A DNA stretch of 64,000 bases from an uncultured delta proteobacterium (GTDB lineage: Bacteria > Bdellovibrionota > FAC87 > UBA2466), in the NCBI GenBank assembly GCA_963778115.1, contig CAVZSV010000004.1:96001-160000 (forward strand). The letters are read 5' to 3'. The notes under the pieces are model-generated. The model was given only the letters and a program-made list of their open reading frames with translations. It did no database searches and had not been told where the DNA came from. Positions 48,946-58,736 of this stretch are shown piece after piece. A program made the position numbers and the translations under genes. Numbering within the stretch: the first letter of the stretch is position 1; each line of letters opens with the position of its first letter.

Positions 48946-49776
48946 TCAAGGCAATGGTCTGAGCACATAATTGATATTCGTCCCACCCGATACCTGCACT
49001 TGAACAAAGAAAAACTCGTTCACCGGCCCCATCCGCCGCCCCCCACCGCCACCGGCCACAACGTAAGTAACGCCGGCAGCACCACCGACCAGATAGCTAT
49101 GATAGTGGCCGCCAAGCCACGCGTTGACCCCGTTATTCGAGGCCAGGTTCATCATATGGAGCGCTTCGGAATCGTCCGACAATCGCAAGTACGTTTGCAC
49201 GCCGGGAACCACCGGTAAGTAGTGACTTACTAGAAAAAGTAATTGTGGTTTGGGTTGTGCCAGTTGGGCCTTTAACCAATCGGTCTGATCGGATCCTACC
49301 GTGCCGTCCGCGGTATCTAGAATAATGAACTTCGCGTTGCCTGCCGTGAACGTATAATGAGATGGACCCACCACCTGTTTGTAATACGTCCATCCGTCGT
49401 TAAAAATATCGTGATTTCCGATGGCGATCACCGCTTTATTGTTAAATGACGAGCTGGAAAGAGCCGCTTGAAACGCCTGGAAATCGGCTTGGTCTCCTTG
49501 ATCGACATTGTCACCCAATAAGACAATAAACGAATCGCCCTCGCTACTAGCCATAGACAAAATTTGTTGAAACCGTGTCGTATCCTGGTTGCCGATATGG
49601 AGATCTCCTACAATCGCAAAGGTATAGTTTTGGGAATCCGGGACCGAAACACTGGTCACCGGCGGAGTTAGCGAATTGCTATCTTGAAATCTCTGATCGT
49701 AAAACGTCTTACTGACACAACCTAATAAGGAAACCAAAACGATGATGGCGAGCTGCGTTTTTTTTGGGGGATTCAT
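48946..49776 (-). CDS. Calcineurin-like metallophosphoesterase lipoprotein
   Basis: Lipobox LLGC; GDLH, GD, GNHD, GHYH. Confidence 0.9.
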   Translation of the reverse strand: MNPPKKTQLAIIVLVSLLGCVSKTFYDQRFQDSNSLTPPVTSVSVPDSQNYTFAIVGDLHIGNQDTTRFQQILSMASSEGDSFIVLLGDNVDQGDQADFQAFQAALSSSSFNNKAVIAIGNHDIFNDGWTYYKQVVGPSHYTFTAGNAKFIILDTADGTVGSDQTDWLKAQLAQPKPQLLFLVSHYLPVVPGVQTYLRLSDDSEALHMMNLASNNGVNAWLGGHYHSYLVGGAAGVTYVVAGGGGGRRMGPVNEFFFVQVQVSGGTNINYVLRPLP

Positions 49777-49890
49777 CTTGCAGGATACTTTACCTATTTG
49801 GTTGCTAGATACAACGACACGCTGCGACCGAATCTAGTAAACTTTTGCCTCGCCGTGACGGAACCCATTCACTATGATAGCTAGCTTCTC

Positions 49891-50631
49891 ATGTCGAACG
49901 AACCCATCCAATTTCTAACGCAGGAATATCGAGCTCTCTGGAGAGAGCTGGGAGTCGAAGACAGCCTTTTAGAAAGACTTACCCAATCCGACAAAGGCAA
50001 GCCACTCTTGAAGGCGCGCAAAACGGGCGTTCCGGCACCCGTAAGAGGACAGCCTATGGGATCCACCGACCTGACGCTCGAAGCGATACGAGCCACCATG
50101 GGAGATTGCACTCGGTGCAAGTTATGTGAAGGGCGAAAAAATATCGTTTTCGGAGCGGGCGCTCCCCAAAGCCAACTGATGTTTGTGGGAGAAGGGCCTG
50201 GTGCAGATGAAGACATTCAAGGACTCCCATTCGTAGGACGTGCGGGACAGCTTCTCGACAAGATTATTGAAGCTATGGGTTACCGCCGTGACGACGTTTA
50301 TATAGCCAACATCGTCAAGTGTCGTCCTCCCGAAAATCGAGCGCCTGAAGCCGATGAGACAGCCCAGTGCATTGGGTTCTTATTTAACCAGATTGAAGTG
50401 ATCCAACCCAAACTTCTAGTAGCTCTGGGCTCCTCCGCGGCAACCGCCCTTTTAGGAAGTACGAGTGCTATTTCGAATTTGCGCGGACGCCTCCATGCCT
50501 ATCCGCGAAATCCAAAAATTTCGATCATGCCAACCTACCATCCGGCCTATCTGCTTAGAAATCCAGCGGCCAAGAAATTGGTTTGGGAAGACATGAAACT
50601 TGTTAAGAACCTGCTGGAATCCAAATCATGA
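49891..50631 (+). CDS. udg: Family 4 uracil-DNA glycosylase (Fe-S)
   Basis: CTRCKLC, GEGPG, PFVGRAG, KCRPPENR, YHPAYLLRN. Confidence 0.95.
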   Translation: MSNEPIQFLTQEYRALWRELGVEDSLLERLTQSDKGKPLLKARKTGVPAPVRGQPMGSTDLTLEAIRATMGDCTRCKLCEGRKNIVFGAGAPQSQLMFVGEGPGADEDIQGLPFVGRAGQLLDKIIEAMGYRRDDVYIANIVKCRPPENRAPEADETAQCIGFLFNQIEVIQPKLLVALGSSAATALLGSTSAISNLRGRLHAYPRNPKISIMPTYHPAYLLRNPAAKKLVWEDMKLVKNLLESKS

Positions 50632-51917
50632 AATTCACTCGACTCCCTCTTTTGTGTCTCTTATTGACGGTGGGAGGCCTAGTAGGCGCCATCGAAGTTC
50701 CCATTCTCACCGTCAATGACAGCATCAATCCCGGAACCGGCGATTACTTGACTACTGGCATTCAAAACGCCGAAAAAGCTAAAGCCCCTTTTGTCGTCAT
50801 ACAGATGGATACCCCTGGGGGATTACTCAGCACTACACGGCAAATCGTCCAGCAGATGCTAAATGCCAAGATCCCGGTAGTAGTTTTTGTGGGGCCGCGA
50901 GGCGCCAGGGCCGGTTCCGCCGGAGCTTTGATCACTTTTGCCTCTGATGTAGCCATCATGGCGCCAGGAACCAATATTGGAGCGGCCCATCCAGTTTCGG
51001 CAACCGGAGGAAATGCAGGAAGTGATTCGACCATGGAGAAAAAGATCGCAAACGATACGGCGGCTTTTGCAGAAAGCCTGGCCCGTGCCCGAGGGCGCAA
51101 TACCGAATGGGCCATTAAAGCAGTGAAGGATAGTGCCTCGATCAGTGTGGAAAATGCCCTCAAGCAGGGTGTTATCGATTTTCAAGCGGAAGATCTTAGC
51201 GATGCCCTAAAAAAGATTTCGGGCTTTACCCTTAAAGCCCCCAAACAAGCAATAACATCCATTGCACCTGGCGACTATGTTGCCAAAGTCTCTCCTCCTT
51301 CGGTTAAACAAAAGCTCGTCTCTTTTTTTTCGGATCCTAGTTTAGCCTACCTCATCATGACACTGGGCGGGCTTTGCATCTGGATTGAGCTAAGCCATCC
51401 AGGGCTTATCTTCCCCGGAGTCTTAGGAGCCATTTGCGTCATCTTGTCGTTAGTCTCTTTTCAAATGATGCCCATTAACTACGGTGCTCTGGTGCTAATC
51501 TTTCTGGGAATGGCGATGCTTATCGCAGAACTCTTCTTGCCGACGTTTGGAATCGTAGGGATCGGAGGGCTCGTTTGTTTCGTCTTGGGTTCTTTATTTC
51601 TAATGGATACCAATGTTCCCGAATTTCAACTTTCATTGGGTCTTATTTTGCCTACGGCTGCGGTTTTAGCAACGGCTGCTTTCGCCATTGGAGCTCTAGT
51701 TCTTAAGACTCGTCGGACAAAACCCCACTCAGGGATGGAAGCCCTTCTGGGGGTTACCGCGACAGTTCGCGAAACCGTGACTCCCAAAAGCGGAAAGGTT
51801 TTTGTGCACGGCGAGATTTGGAATGCTATCTCGACGGAAGAGGCACCTATAGAAATCAATGAATCCGTCACTGTCATTGAAGTCAGAGAGATGGTCTTGG
51901 TCGTGCGTCGTTCATGA
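50628..51917 (+). CDS. nfeD: NfeD-family membrane-bound serine protease
   Basis: [25 protein letters not shown] block, C-terminal OB fold GEIWNA; upstream of an SPFH gene. Confidence 0.93.
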   Translation: MKFTRLPLLCLLLTVGGLVGAIEVPILTVNDSINPGTGDYLTTGIQNAEKAKAPFVVIQMDTPGGLLSTTRQIVQQMLNAKIPVVVFVGPRGARAGSAGALITFASDVAIMAPGTNIGAAHPVSATGGNAGSDSTMEKKIANDTAAFAESLARARGRNTEWAIKAVKDSASISVENALKQGVIDFQAEDLSDALKKISGFTLKAPKQAITSIAPGDYVAKVSPPSVKQKLVSFFSDPSLAYLIMTLGGLCIWIELSHPGLIFPGVLGAICVILSLVSFQMMPINYGALVLIFLGMAMLIAELFLPTFGIVGIGGLVCFVLGSLFLMDTNVPEFQLSLGLILPTAAVLATAAFAIGALVLKTRRTKPHSGMEALLGVTATVRETVTPKSGKVFVHGEIWNAISTEEAPIEINESVTVIEVREMVLVVRRS

Positions 51918-51936
51918 TATCAATGGAGGTACCCTT

Positions 51937-52749
51937 ATGTTAACCGGTCCTATTATCGCCCTAATCGTCGTTATCTTTATATTGTTCTCATCATTAAAAG
52001 TATTACAAGAATACGAACGCGGAGTGGTCTTCCGATTAGGCCGAATCATCGGCGCCAAAGGGCCCGGAGTGGTGGTCATCATTCCTGGGGTCGATAGGCT
52101 TATCCGTATTAGTTTACGTATCATGACGACTGACGTTCCCCCTCAAGACGTTGTCACGAAAGATAACGTCTCGATCCAGGTCAATGCCGTTATCCTGTTT
52201 CGCGTCGTCGATCCTAATAAAGCCGTCAACAACGTGGAAAGTTATCTCGAGAGTACCTATCAATATGCTCAAACGACACTTAGGTCCGTCTTGGGGTCGG
52301 TCGAGCTGGATGAAGTCCTCAGTGAAAGAGAAGCGCTCAATAAAAGAATCCAAAGTATTTTAGATCTGCATACCGAGCCGTGGGGAGTCAAAGTCTCGGC
52401 TGTCGAGATCAAACAGGTGGATCTGCCCAAAGAGATGCAGCGAGCGATGGCCCAGCAAGCAGAAGCAGAAAGACAAAGGCGAGCCAAAATCATTATGGCC
52501 GAAGGAGAAGCGCAAGCCGCCGAAAAGCTGGTCGATGCCGCGAAACGTTTGCAAGAATATCCCGCAGCCATTCAGCTTAGGTATTTGCAGACCCTCGGCG
52601 AAATTGCCGCCGAAAATAATTCGACAACGATCTTTCCGGTTCCCTTAGAGATGTTGGGTGCGTTACTCGGAAAGTTTAATGGCCCCGAAATAAAGTTTCA
52701 GCCCTCTCAGAAAGAGGCTCCCAAGCCAAACTTAGGCGATCGGTCATAG
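51937..52749 (+). CDS. SPFH/stomatin (slipin) family protein
   Basis: [43 protein letters not shown]. Confidence 0.95.
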   Translation: MLTGPIIALIVVIFILFSSLKVLQEYERGVVFRLGRIIGAKGPGVVVIIPGVDRLIRISLRIMTTDVPPQDVVTKDNVSIQVNAVILFRVVDPNKAVNNVESYLESTYQYAQTTLRSVLGSVELDEVLSEREALNKRIQSILDLHTEPWGVKVSAVEIKQVDLPKEMQRAMAQQAEAERQRRAKIIMAEGEAQAAEKLVDAAKRLQEYPAAIQLRYLQTLGEIAAENNSTTIFPVPLEMLGALLGKFNGPEIKFQPSQKEAPKPNLGDRS

Positions 52750-53534
52750 ATAGTCTCGGCTTTGGGAAGTTCCTTTTCCAAGGCCTCTTTGCGGGCGCGA
52801 CTTGCGGGATGGTCAGACAAAAACACAGGCGGAGATCCGCCTTCGTGGCTAAACTTATCCCAGAAGCGGACGGCCTCTTTAGGATCGTAACCCGCGCGCG
52901 CCATGTAGATGAGACCCATCTCGTCGGCTTCGGCTTCGTTTGATCGACTAAAAGGCAAAGAGATCCCTATCTTCGTTCCCACCCCCAAAGCCGCTAGAAG
53001 AATCTGCTTCGTTTGATTGTTGTCATCGCCGCCCATGGCCGCGTCGAGGGCGGCAAGTCCAAGCTGGGTTCCTAACGCCAGCGTAATTCGCTGACCCGCG
53101 TGCCTTGCGATCGCATGCGCGACTTCATGTCCCAAAACGGTCGCAAGTCCAGCCTCATTTCCAGCCACGGGTAGGATTCCCGTATAAACGGCAACCTTTC
53201 CTCCAGGAAGACAGAAAGCATTTTTTTCTGGTGAGTCTAAAAGGACAAACTCCCACTGGTACTCTGGTTTGTTGGCGGCTTGCGCGATCCGTTTTCCCAC
53301 CCGTTGAAGGATTTCATTCCAACGAACGTTTTGAGACATTTTGTTCTTTGAAAGAACCTCTTTGTAGGCCTCGACTCCAAGATGGGTCTCTTGCGCTTCA
53401 CTCGTCACAATGAAAGCCTTCCGCCCGGTTTCAGGCGTAGTAACACACGCGATGATAACGATCGTAAGGAAGAAGAAAGCAAAGATATTTGGTCTTAAGC
53501 GTAAATGTGGCTTCATGGGCGATACCATAGCCAA
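52707..53534 (-). CDS. M48-family zinc metallopeptidase lipoprotein (start may be 53516)
   Basis: IIAC lipobox, [26 protein letters not shown]. Confidence 0.93.
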   Translation of the reverse strand: MAMVSPMKPHLRLRPNIFAFFFLTIVIIACVTTPETGRKAFIVTSEAQETHLGVEAYKEVLSKNKMSQNVRWNEILQRVGKRIAQAANKPEYQWEFVLLDSPEKNAFCLPGGKVAVYTGILPVAGNEAGLATVLGHEVAHAIARHAGQRITLALGTQLGLAALDAAMGGDDNNQTKQILLAALGVGTKIGISLPFSRSNEAEADEMGLIYMARAGYDPKEAVRFWDKFSHEGGSPPVFLSDHPASRARKEALEKELPKAETIYDRSPKFGLGASF

Positions 53535-53552
53535 TGACGCATCGGGTTACAA

Positions 53553-54764
53553 CTATTTGCAAATGGGAAGGCCACTTCCCGAAAAGACCTCTTTGATAAT
53601 CCACTTCGCCTTATCAAGAGCTATATTCTTGTGCTTCAAACAGTACCGCTCGGGATACCAATGAAATACTGCCACGGAATCGGCGAGATCCTCACTAGGA
53701 TCGTTGCGCTGAACACTTTGCTCGTAAGATTTCCCAAGCACAAATCCGTTCCTCAAAGCCGAGGCTCGAGTAGGTTTGTAGATCTTGTCGGGGAGAACCG
53801 AAAAAGAGGAGCCTTCAGAGAGGCGAGTCAGTTCGTCGGCGGGATGGTTGCCCTTGTCCTTCACCGTAGTCTGCCACTTGCCCCCTACCTGCTTCCATCC
53901 CGAAAACTTGAAAAAGGGAACTCGCCAATCCTTTCCCCGAAAAAGTAACGTCGATAAAACTGCGGTATGAGTCAACTCATGAGTAAAAACGATGTGGCTA
54001 AGTAAGTTGGGACGATCGAGCACTTCTCGTGACACGGCCAAGACTCCAAATTCAGCAACAAAGGCCCCTACTCCGCTGTCCGTCACAAATACCAGACGTT
54101 CAATAATCCTAGGGTCCCAAAACGGACAAGCTCCTGCTTGGGGGCACAAAGAATCTTTTTCCTGTTTTACCCACATGAAAGTCGCCTCACTCGGCGCTAT
54201 CACCACAATTCCATCTACGACTCCGGCTACCGCTTGGTACACGCGAGATAGCAATTCCATGGGGGAAAGCTTTTTCATCTCAGGCAGAATGCGGCTTCGC
54301 AGGGAATCCACTTCGCTCTTGGGCGTTACTAGTCCTCGAAAAAGAAGATCTAAATTGGGCTGACTGACCTCATTTATCCCCAACTTCGCCAAATAGGCCT
54401 GTTTCAGAAGTTGAGGAACTTGGGGCCATTTTCCACTGGAACAACGAGGAAGCCATTCCTGTTCCAATCTCAACGAAAGTCTCACTAATAGGTCTGTAGA
54501 CCACGTAGCGAGATCTTGAGACAAAACCAAAATACTTCCTGTCTTTTGAAAAGAGGCAAAGGCCGGCAAAGTTAATAGGGACTTCGCCTCCTCTATGTTC
54601 TCAAGGCGCTTTTGGCAGTCGTTAGCGTCAAATGCTCTTGCCAAACAGACAGAGGCCTGTCCGCCCCATAAGAACAGAAAAACAAGAAGACTTAGTTTAA
54701 ATCGAAGATTAGGCGGCCGTCTTATAACGGCGCTCAATGCCATCCAAGAAGTCGTACAGCGCAT
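53553..54764 (-). CDS. Hypothetical secreted HExxH protein; start uncertain
   Basis: THELTH and downstream PSEDLAD; signal-like segment after about residue 20. Confidence 0.55.
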   Translation of the reverse strand: MRCTTSWMALSAVIRRPPNLRFKLSLLVFLFLWGGQASVCLARAFDANDCQKRLENIEEAKSLLTLPAFASFQKTGSILVLSQDLATWSTDLLVRLSLRLEQEWLPRCSSGKWPQVPQLLKQAYLAKLGINEVSQPNLDLLFRGLVTPKSEVDSLRSRILPEMKKLSPMELLSRVYQAVAGVVDGIVVIAPSEATFMWVKQEKDSLCPQAGACPFWDPRIIERLVFVTDSGVGAFVAEFGVLAVSREVLDRPNLLSHIVFTHELTHTAVLSTLLFRGKDWRVPFFKFSGWKQVGGKWQTTVKDKGNHPADELTRLSEGSSFSVLPDKIYKPTRASALRNGFVLGKSYEQSVQRNDPSEDLADSVAVFHWYPERYCLKHKNIALDKAKWIIKEVFSGSGLPICK

Positions 54765-55383
54765 TCAACGTCTCCTCAGCAACGGCAATCGCTCGCGCTT
54801 CTGACTCAGGGTCTTGGCACATTTTAGCGAGCCAGGAAATTTCGGTTTCTGCGTGAAAGACGTCGTAGCTTTGATGAGCCTTGAAGAACGCAATAGTCGA
54901 CTCATCGCTAATATTATAGAAACAGCGAAGGCCATCCATCTTTTGGCGCGCCACATCCGGCTGCTGTCGCTCATAAGCATAGAGGGCTGCAAGGCCGTCG
55001 ATAGGATTGGAAGATTCGGTATGCTTTTTAAAGGTTCGGACCAAGTGCTCGGTTTCGTCAGAGTGAAAATGGCTTTTAATCTCTTCGCGGGAGACCCCTA
55101 GGCCTTCAGCGAAACGAAGCCAAAGTTCCGGATGATTTTGCTCTCCACGCTCTTCGTCAATGAGGTTATCCAAGAGATGTTGGCGCATCTCTAAATTTTC
55201 ACAACGAGAATGTAAGGAACTGAGGAAGCGGGGAAACTGACTTTCAAACTGATAATACTCTTTAGAGTAGCCTTGAAGCTCGTCGCGACTCAATTGGCCT
55301 GACTGCCACCGCGTGTAAAAGGAATGCGCCAGCATATGACGCTTTTGGATCTTCTCTTCAAGTCTTGCTCTAAGGGTTTGCAT
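54709..55383 (-). CDS. CADD-family heme-oxygenase-like dimetal protein (TenA/PqqC superfamily)
   Basis: HMLAHSFY, LDNLIDEE...NHPELW, ALYAYE, QK, HxxxDxxH, recognisably like Chlamydia CT610; GGAGG RBS. Confidence 0.9.
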   Translation of the reverse strand: MQTLRARLEEKIQKRHMLAHSFYTRWQSGQLSRDELQGYSKEYYQFESQFPRFLSSLHSRCENLEMRQHLLDNLIDEERGEQNHPELWLRFAEGLGVSREEIKSHFHSDETEHLVRTFKKHTESSNPIDGLAALYAYERQQPDVARQKMDGLRCFYNISDESTIAFFKAHQSYDVFHAETEISWLAKMCQDPESEARAIAVAEETLNALYDFLDGIERRYKTAA

Positions 55384-55464
55384 GCCTCCACCTTTCTCGG
55401 GAATCTAAGCAATCGACTATAGACTCACAAAAAGTGGAAGGTCAACCAAGTTGGGATTGGGGGA

Positions 55465-55737
55465 CTAGCGGCGATGGTGCCGACGGTGACCACGGTGCCC
55501 GCGGTGGTGACGGCCATGGTATTCGGAACGAGTCAGTGACCAGGAAGAATGGTGGCGTCCAAAACGAGAGCCCAACACCGGGATACTGCGAAGCATGGAA
55601 GTGATACCGGGAACCAGTCCGTGCCGAAACGCCCCCCTGCGATAAAAATGGTAGCCGCCGTACAAAATGCCAATAACGATCGCTAAGGGAACTAAATTTC
55701 GAAACATCTGTTTGACCTTCCAAACAATGCTATCCAT
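55465..55737 (-). CDS. Small single-TM protein with a His/Arg-rich tail
   Basis: GAGGAG RBS before ATG 55737; C-terminus HGRHHRGHRGHRRHHRR. Confidence 0.6.
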   Translation of the reverse strand: MDSIVWKVKQMFRNLVPLAIVIGILYGGYHFYRRGAFRHGLVPGITSMLRSIPVLGSRFGRHHSSWSLTRSEYHGRHHRGHRGHRRHHRR

Positions 55738-55782
55738 ACACCTCTCCTCGGCCTGACACCGATGGTCAGCCAATGGGGTATT

Positions 55783-55798
55783 CGCAACTTGCATACCA
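55783..55798 (-). promoter_or_regulatory. Sigma-54-type promoter
   Basis: Minus strand TGGTATGCAAGTTGCG (GG-N10-GC) ~46 nt before ATG 55737. Confidence 0.55.
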
Positions 55799-56004
55799 AC
55801 AGTCCACTTTTTGCTAACCTCTTGAATCTGAACCGAAAGCTTGACTACGGGGGGTAATGTCGAAGCCTTAGCAGAATGGCTAATTGTTAGACACCGGTGA
55901 CAACGTAAGGACCAAAGAGCCCACGGCAAAGCCCGTCGTCATAGGATGGACTTTGGGCTAAAAGTGCAATAATTTACACATCTAGACTAAAGAAAGAGGC
56001 CCTT

Positions 56005-57816
56005 GTGATTCAAAACTACTTCACTGACTTCCCGGAACGCTCTGACCAGCTAATGAAGCATTCCGACATCAAAGACCTCCCCCTTCCCTTAGAGGAGGCG
56101 TTCGGAGAAAAAGGATTTTACAAGGACACCCAAGAGGCTTTGGACTTTTACACTTCAGCTCTGGCGGAAGTGGGCCGTCTCTGTGCAAAAGAGATTCGCC
56201 CGTCGGCAGAAGAGATCGATAGAATCGGCGCCAAGTATAAAGACGGCACAGTCACCCTACCCGATAAACTTCTGGAGAATTTACGAAAGTGCGCCGAGCT
56301 TGGAGTTTTCTCGGGCCCTCTTTCCCGAAAGCACGAAGGGCTTAATACTCCCCGAAGCGTTCAATATTTGATGCTCGAGATGTTTGGACAGGCCTGTCCC
56401 AATACGGGACTGACGATCGCGGCTTACTCCATGGCGGGGTTTATTGAAAAGTTTGGAACCGACGAACAGCGCAAGACCTATATCCCCAAGATGGTCAATA
56501 ATGAATGGCAGGCGTCCATGGCGCTCACCGAGCCCAACGCCGGGTCAGATTTAGGAAAACTTCGCTCTCACGCTCGTAAAGAAGGGGACCATTGGATCGT
56601 TAATGGAACTAAACAATTTATCACAAGCGGTCAGGGAACTATCACCTTTGCTCTAGTACGAACCGACCCTTCGAGCTCGGGATTGAGTGGTCTTTCGGTT
56701 CTTATTGTCCCTCACGAAATTGACGGCAAAGAGAACTATAAAGTGGCAAAAATTGAAGACAAGGTCTGTTTGCATTCTTCGCCGACCTGCGAACTTCTCT
56801 TTGAAAACTCCATTGGCTATTTGCTTGGACCCGAAGGACAGGGGTTTAAAGTCATGGCCGATCTGATGAACGAAGCCAGGCTTGCCATGGCGGCTCTAGC
56901 GACCGGAATCGCAACGGGTTCGCTGCAAGAAGCCAAAGAGTATGCCCAAACGCGCGTCACCATGGGCAAACCCATCATCGAACATCCGATGGTCGCCGAC
57001 ATGCTTTATGAAGCCGAGATAGAGACCCGTGCCATGCGATCGCTCGTTATGGAGGCTGCAACGTCTTATGATTGGATGCGACTTGCGGAGGCAAGGGGCG
57101 ATGAAAAAGAAATGAAACGCTGGAAGAAGCGTTACCGAAGATTGACTCCTCTTTGCAAGTACTACTGCTCGGAAAAGGCCATCACGATTTCAAGAAATGC
57201 TGTGCAGCTTTTTGGCGGCTACGGAGTCTGTCGCGACTATCCCGTGGAACGGTTGCTGCGCGAGACCATCATCTATCCCATTTACGAAGGAACTTCGCAG
57301 ATCCAATCACTGATGGTTTTAAAGGACACCCTAAAGGATGTCGCCCAGCAGGCTACCGGATTTCTGGGTTCTTTGGCCGGAGCATGGGCGGAATCTTTGG
57401 TCACCCGAGACCCGGTAAAGAAAGCGGTCCTTCAGGCCCGCAACGAGCTCAATCAAGGAATCCGAACGATTCTGATGGGGATTATCAAAGATAAATTCAA
57501 ATCCGATATCGAGGCCCTGAAACAAGAAAAGATTAGAGAGTTTCTCAAAGAGTTTTCGCTCAAACTTTTGAGCGAAAAGACGGACTTAAGCTTTCCCTTC
57601 TTATGGGCGGAACGCTTCACCCGCATCACGTGCGACTACTATGCACTCAAATCCATGGCCGATCACTACACGGTCGGAGACACGGAACGAGAGAAATGGA
57701 TTTTGGAATTCGCAGCCCTGGCAATTCCCAGAATGAGACTTGAGAACGAGTACATGGTGAACCGTCTGCCTTCGACGATGGAGTACTTAAAGCAGTTTGA
57801 AGGAAAAAAAACCTAA
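56005..57816 (+). CDS. Acyl-CoA dehydrogenase
   Basis: MALTEPNAGSDL, NGTKQFIT, MNEARL, QLFGGYG, IYEGTSQIQ. Confidence 0.94.
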   Translation: MIQNYFTDFPERSDQLMKHSDIKDLPLPLEEAFGEKGFYKDTQEALDFYTSALAEVGRLCAKEIRPSAEEIDRIGAKYKDGTVTLPDKLLENLRKCAELGVFSGPLSRKHEGLNTPRSVQYLMLEMFGQACPNTGLTIAAYSMAGFIEKFGTDEQRKTYIPKMVNNEWQASMALTEPNAGSDLGKLRSHARKEGDHWIVNGTKQFITSGQGTITFALVRTDPSSSGLSGLSVLIVPHEIDGKENYKVAKIEDKVCLHSSPTCELLFENSIGYLLGPEGQGFKVMADLMNEARLAMAALATGIATGSLQEAKEYAQTRVTMGKPIIEHPMVADMLYEAEIETRAMRSLVMEAATSYDWMRLAEARGDEKEMKRWKKRYRRLTPLCKYYCSEKAITISRNAVQLFGGYGVCRDYPVERLLRETIIYPIYEGTSQIQSLMVLKDTLKDVAQQATGFLGSLAGAWAESLVTRDPVKKAVLQARNELNQGIRTILMGIIKDKFKSDIEALKQEKIREFLKEFSLKLLSEKTDLSFPFLWAERFTRITCDYYALKSMADHYTVGDTEREKWILEFAALAIPRMRLENEYMVNRLPSTMEYLKQFEGKKT

Positions 57817-57928
57817 AGACCTTTCGGCGAACTGTTCGCGCTGTCAAAATACGGCAACGAAATTAATCGAAAAGGCTTTTTATCGGCAGTTCCGAAGTAT
57901 CCGGGAGTCAAACGACCTTTACTAAAAA

Positions 57929-57944
57929 TGGCTCGGTAATTGCT
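57929..57944 (+). promoter_or_regulatory. Sigma-54-type promoter
   Basis: TGGCTCGGTAATTGCT (GG-N10-GC) ~19 nt before GTG 57963. Confidence 0.55.
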
Positions 57945-57962
57945 CTGTGCCCTACGGGGGGA

Positions 57963-58727
57963 GTGTTTGAGAACGGGTCTAAAGTTTCGTACGGCCAGTG
58001 CCTTAGCGATAGTGACCCGCGCGGGAAAGCTGCAGGGGCGCATATTAGAATAGGCACTACCGACTACTTTCTTTGCGGCGGCGAACTCTATCCTGAAGAA
58101 CAGATGGTGGGACTCTATAGAGATGAAGGGGACCTCCAGTTTCACTTTGCCGTGATTCCTCCAGGGATGGGGATGGTATATTTTTTAAGTAACGAGAAAG
58201 ATTCCTCGCTAGCCGTACCTCAAAATCCTGAAGCTACCGCCCTCCCCCTAAATAGTTTGGCTTGCCTTCCCAAACCCCTTACTGGGTTCGTATATAACGA
58301 TCCAGACAGGGGAAAAATAACTATGCAGAAAGTCGGCGCGGGACACACTCCTCCCAAGACACCGCTTCGCCACATTCAAGACTTTCTTGAATCAATCTCA
58401 CAATTGCACATGAAGCTCCAGACTCAGGGAATTTCGATGGAAGTGCGTTTTACCCATACCAATCCGGACTCCTACTCGCTAGACCCCTCTTCAGAGCAAA
58501 TAGATCTATTGCGCAAACTAGAGCAAGAGCCGTCAGCGCTGGAGTTTTATCTTAAAGCGAATCATTTGAAGCGAGTGGTTATCTCAACCGAAGAATCGCC
58601 GCTGCCGATGAAAAGCGAGACCACCCTCTATCTGGGTAGCAAGATCAAGATAAGCCCGACATCTTTGCTAAAGGCACTGCGGAACAACCTCTTGGTTTGT
58701 TCGCCAACGGCCGATTTCCCAAAGTAG
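57963..58727 (+). CDS. Hypothetical protein
   Basis: 254-aa ORF filling the intergenic space; no recognised motif. Confidence 0.55.
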   Translation: MFENGSKVSYGQCLSDSDPRGKAAGAHIRIGTTDYFLCGGELYPEEQMVGLYRDEGDLQFHFAVIPPGMGMVYFLSNEKDSSLAVPQNPEATALPLNSLACLPKPLTGFVYNDPDRGKITMQKVGAGHTPPKTPLRHIQDFLESISQLHMKLQTQGISMEVRFTHTNPDSYSLDPSSEQIDLLRKLEQEPSALEFYLKANHLKRVVISTEESPLPMKSETTLYLGSKIKISPTSLLKALRNNLLVCSPTADFPK

Positions 58728-58736
58728 ATTTACCCA

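Noticed and set aside
52707..52749. 43-nt convergent overlap of the SPFH and M48 genes as antisense regulation
   Set aside because: Short tail-to-tail overlaps are common in compact genomes; there is no other evidence.
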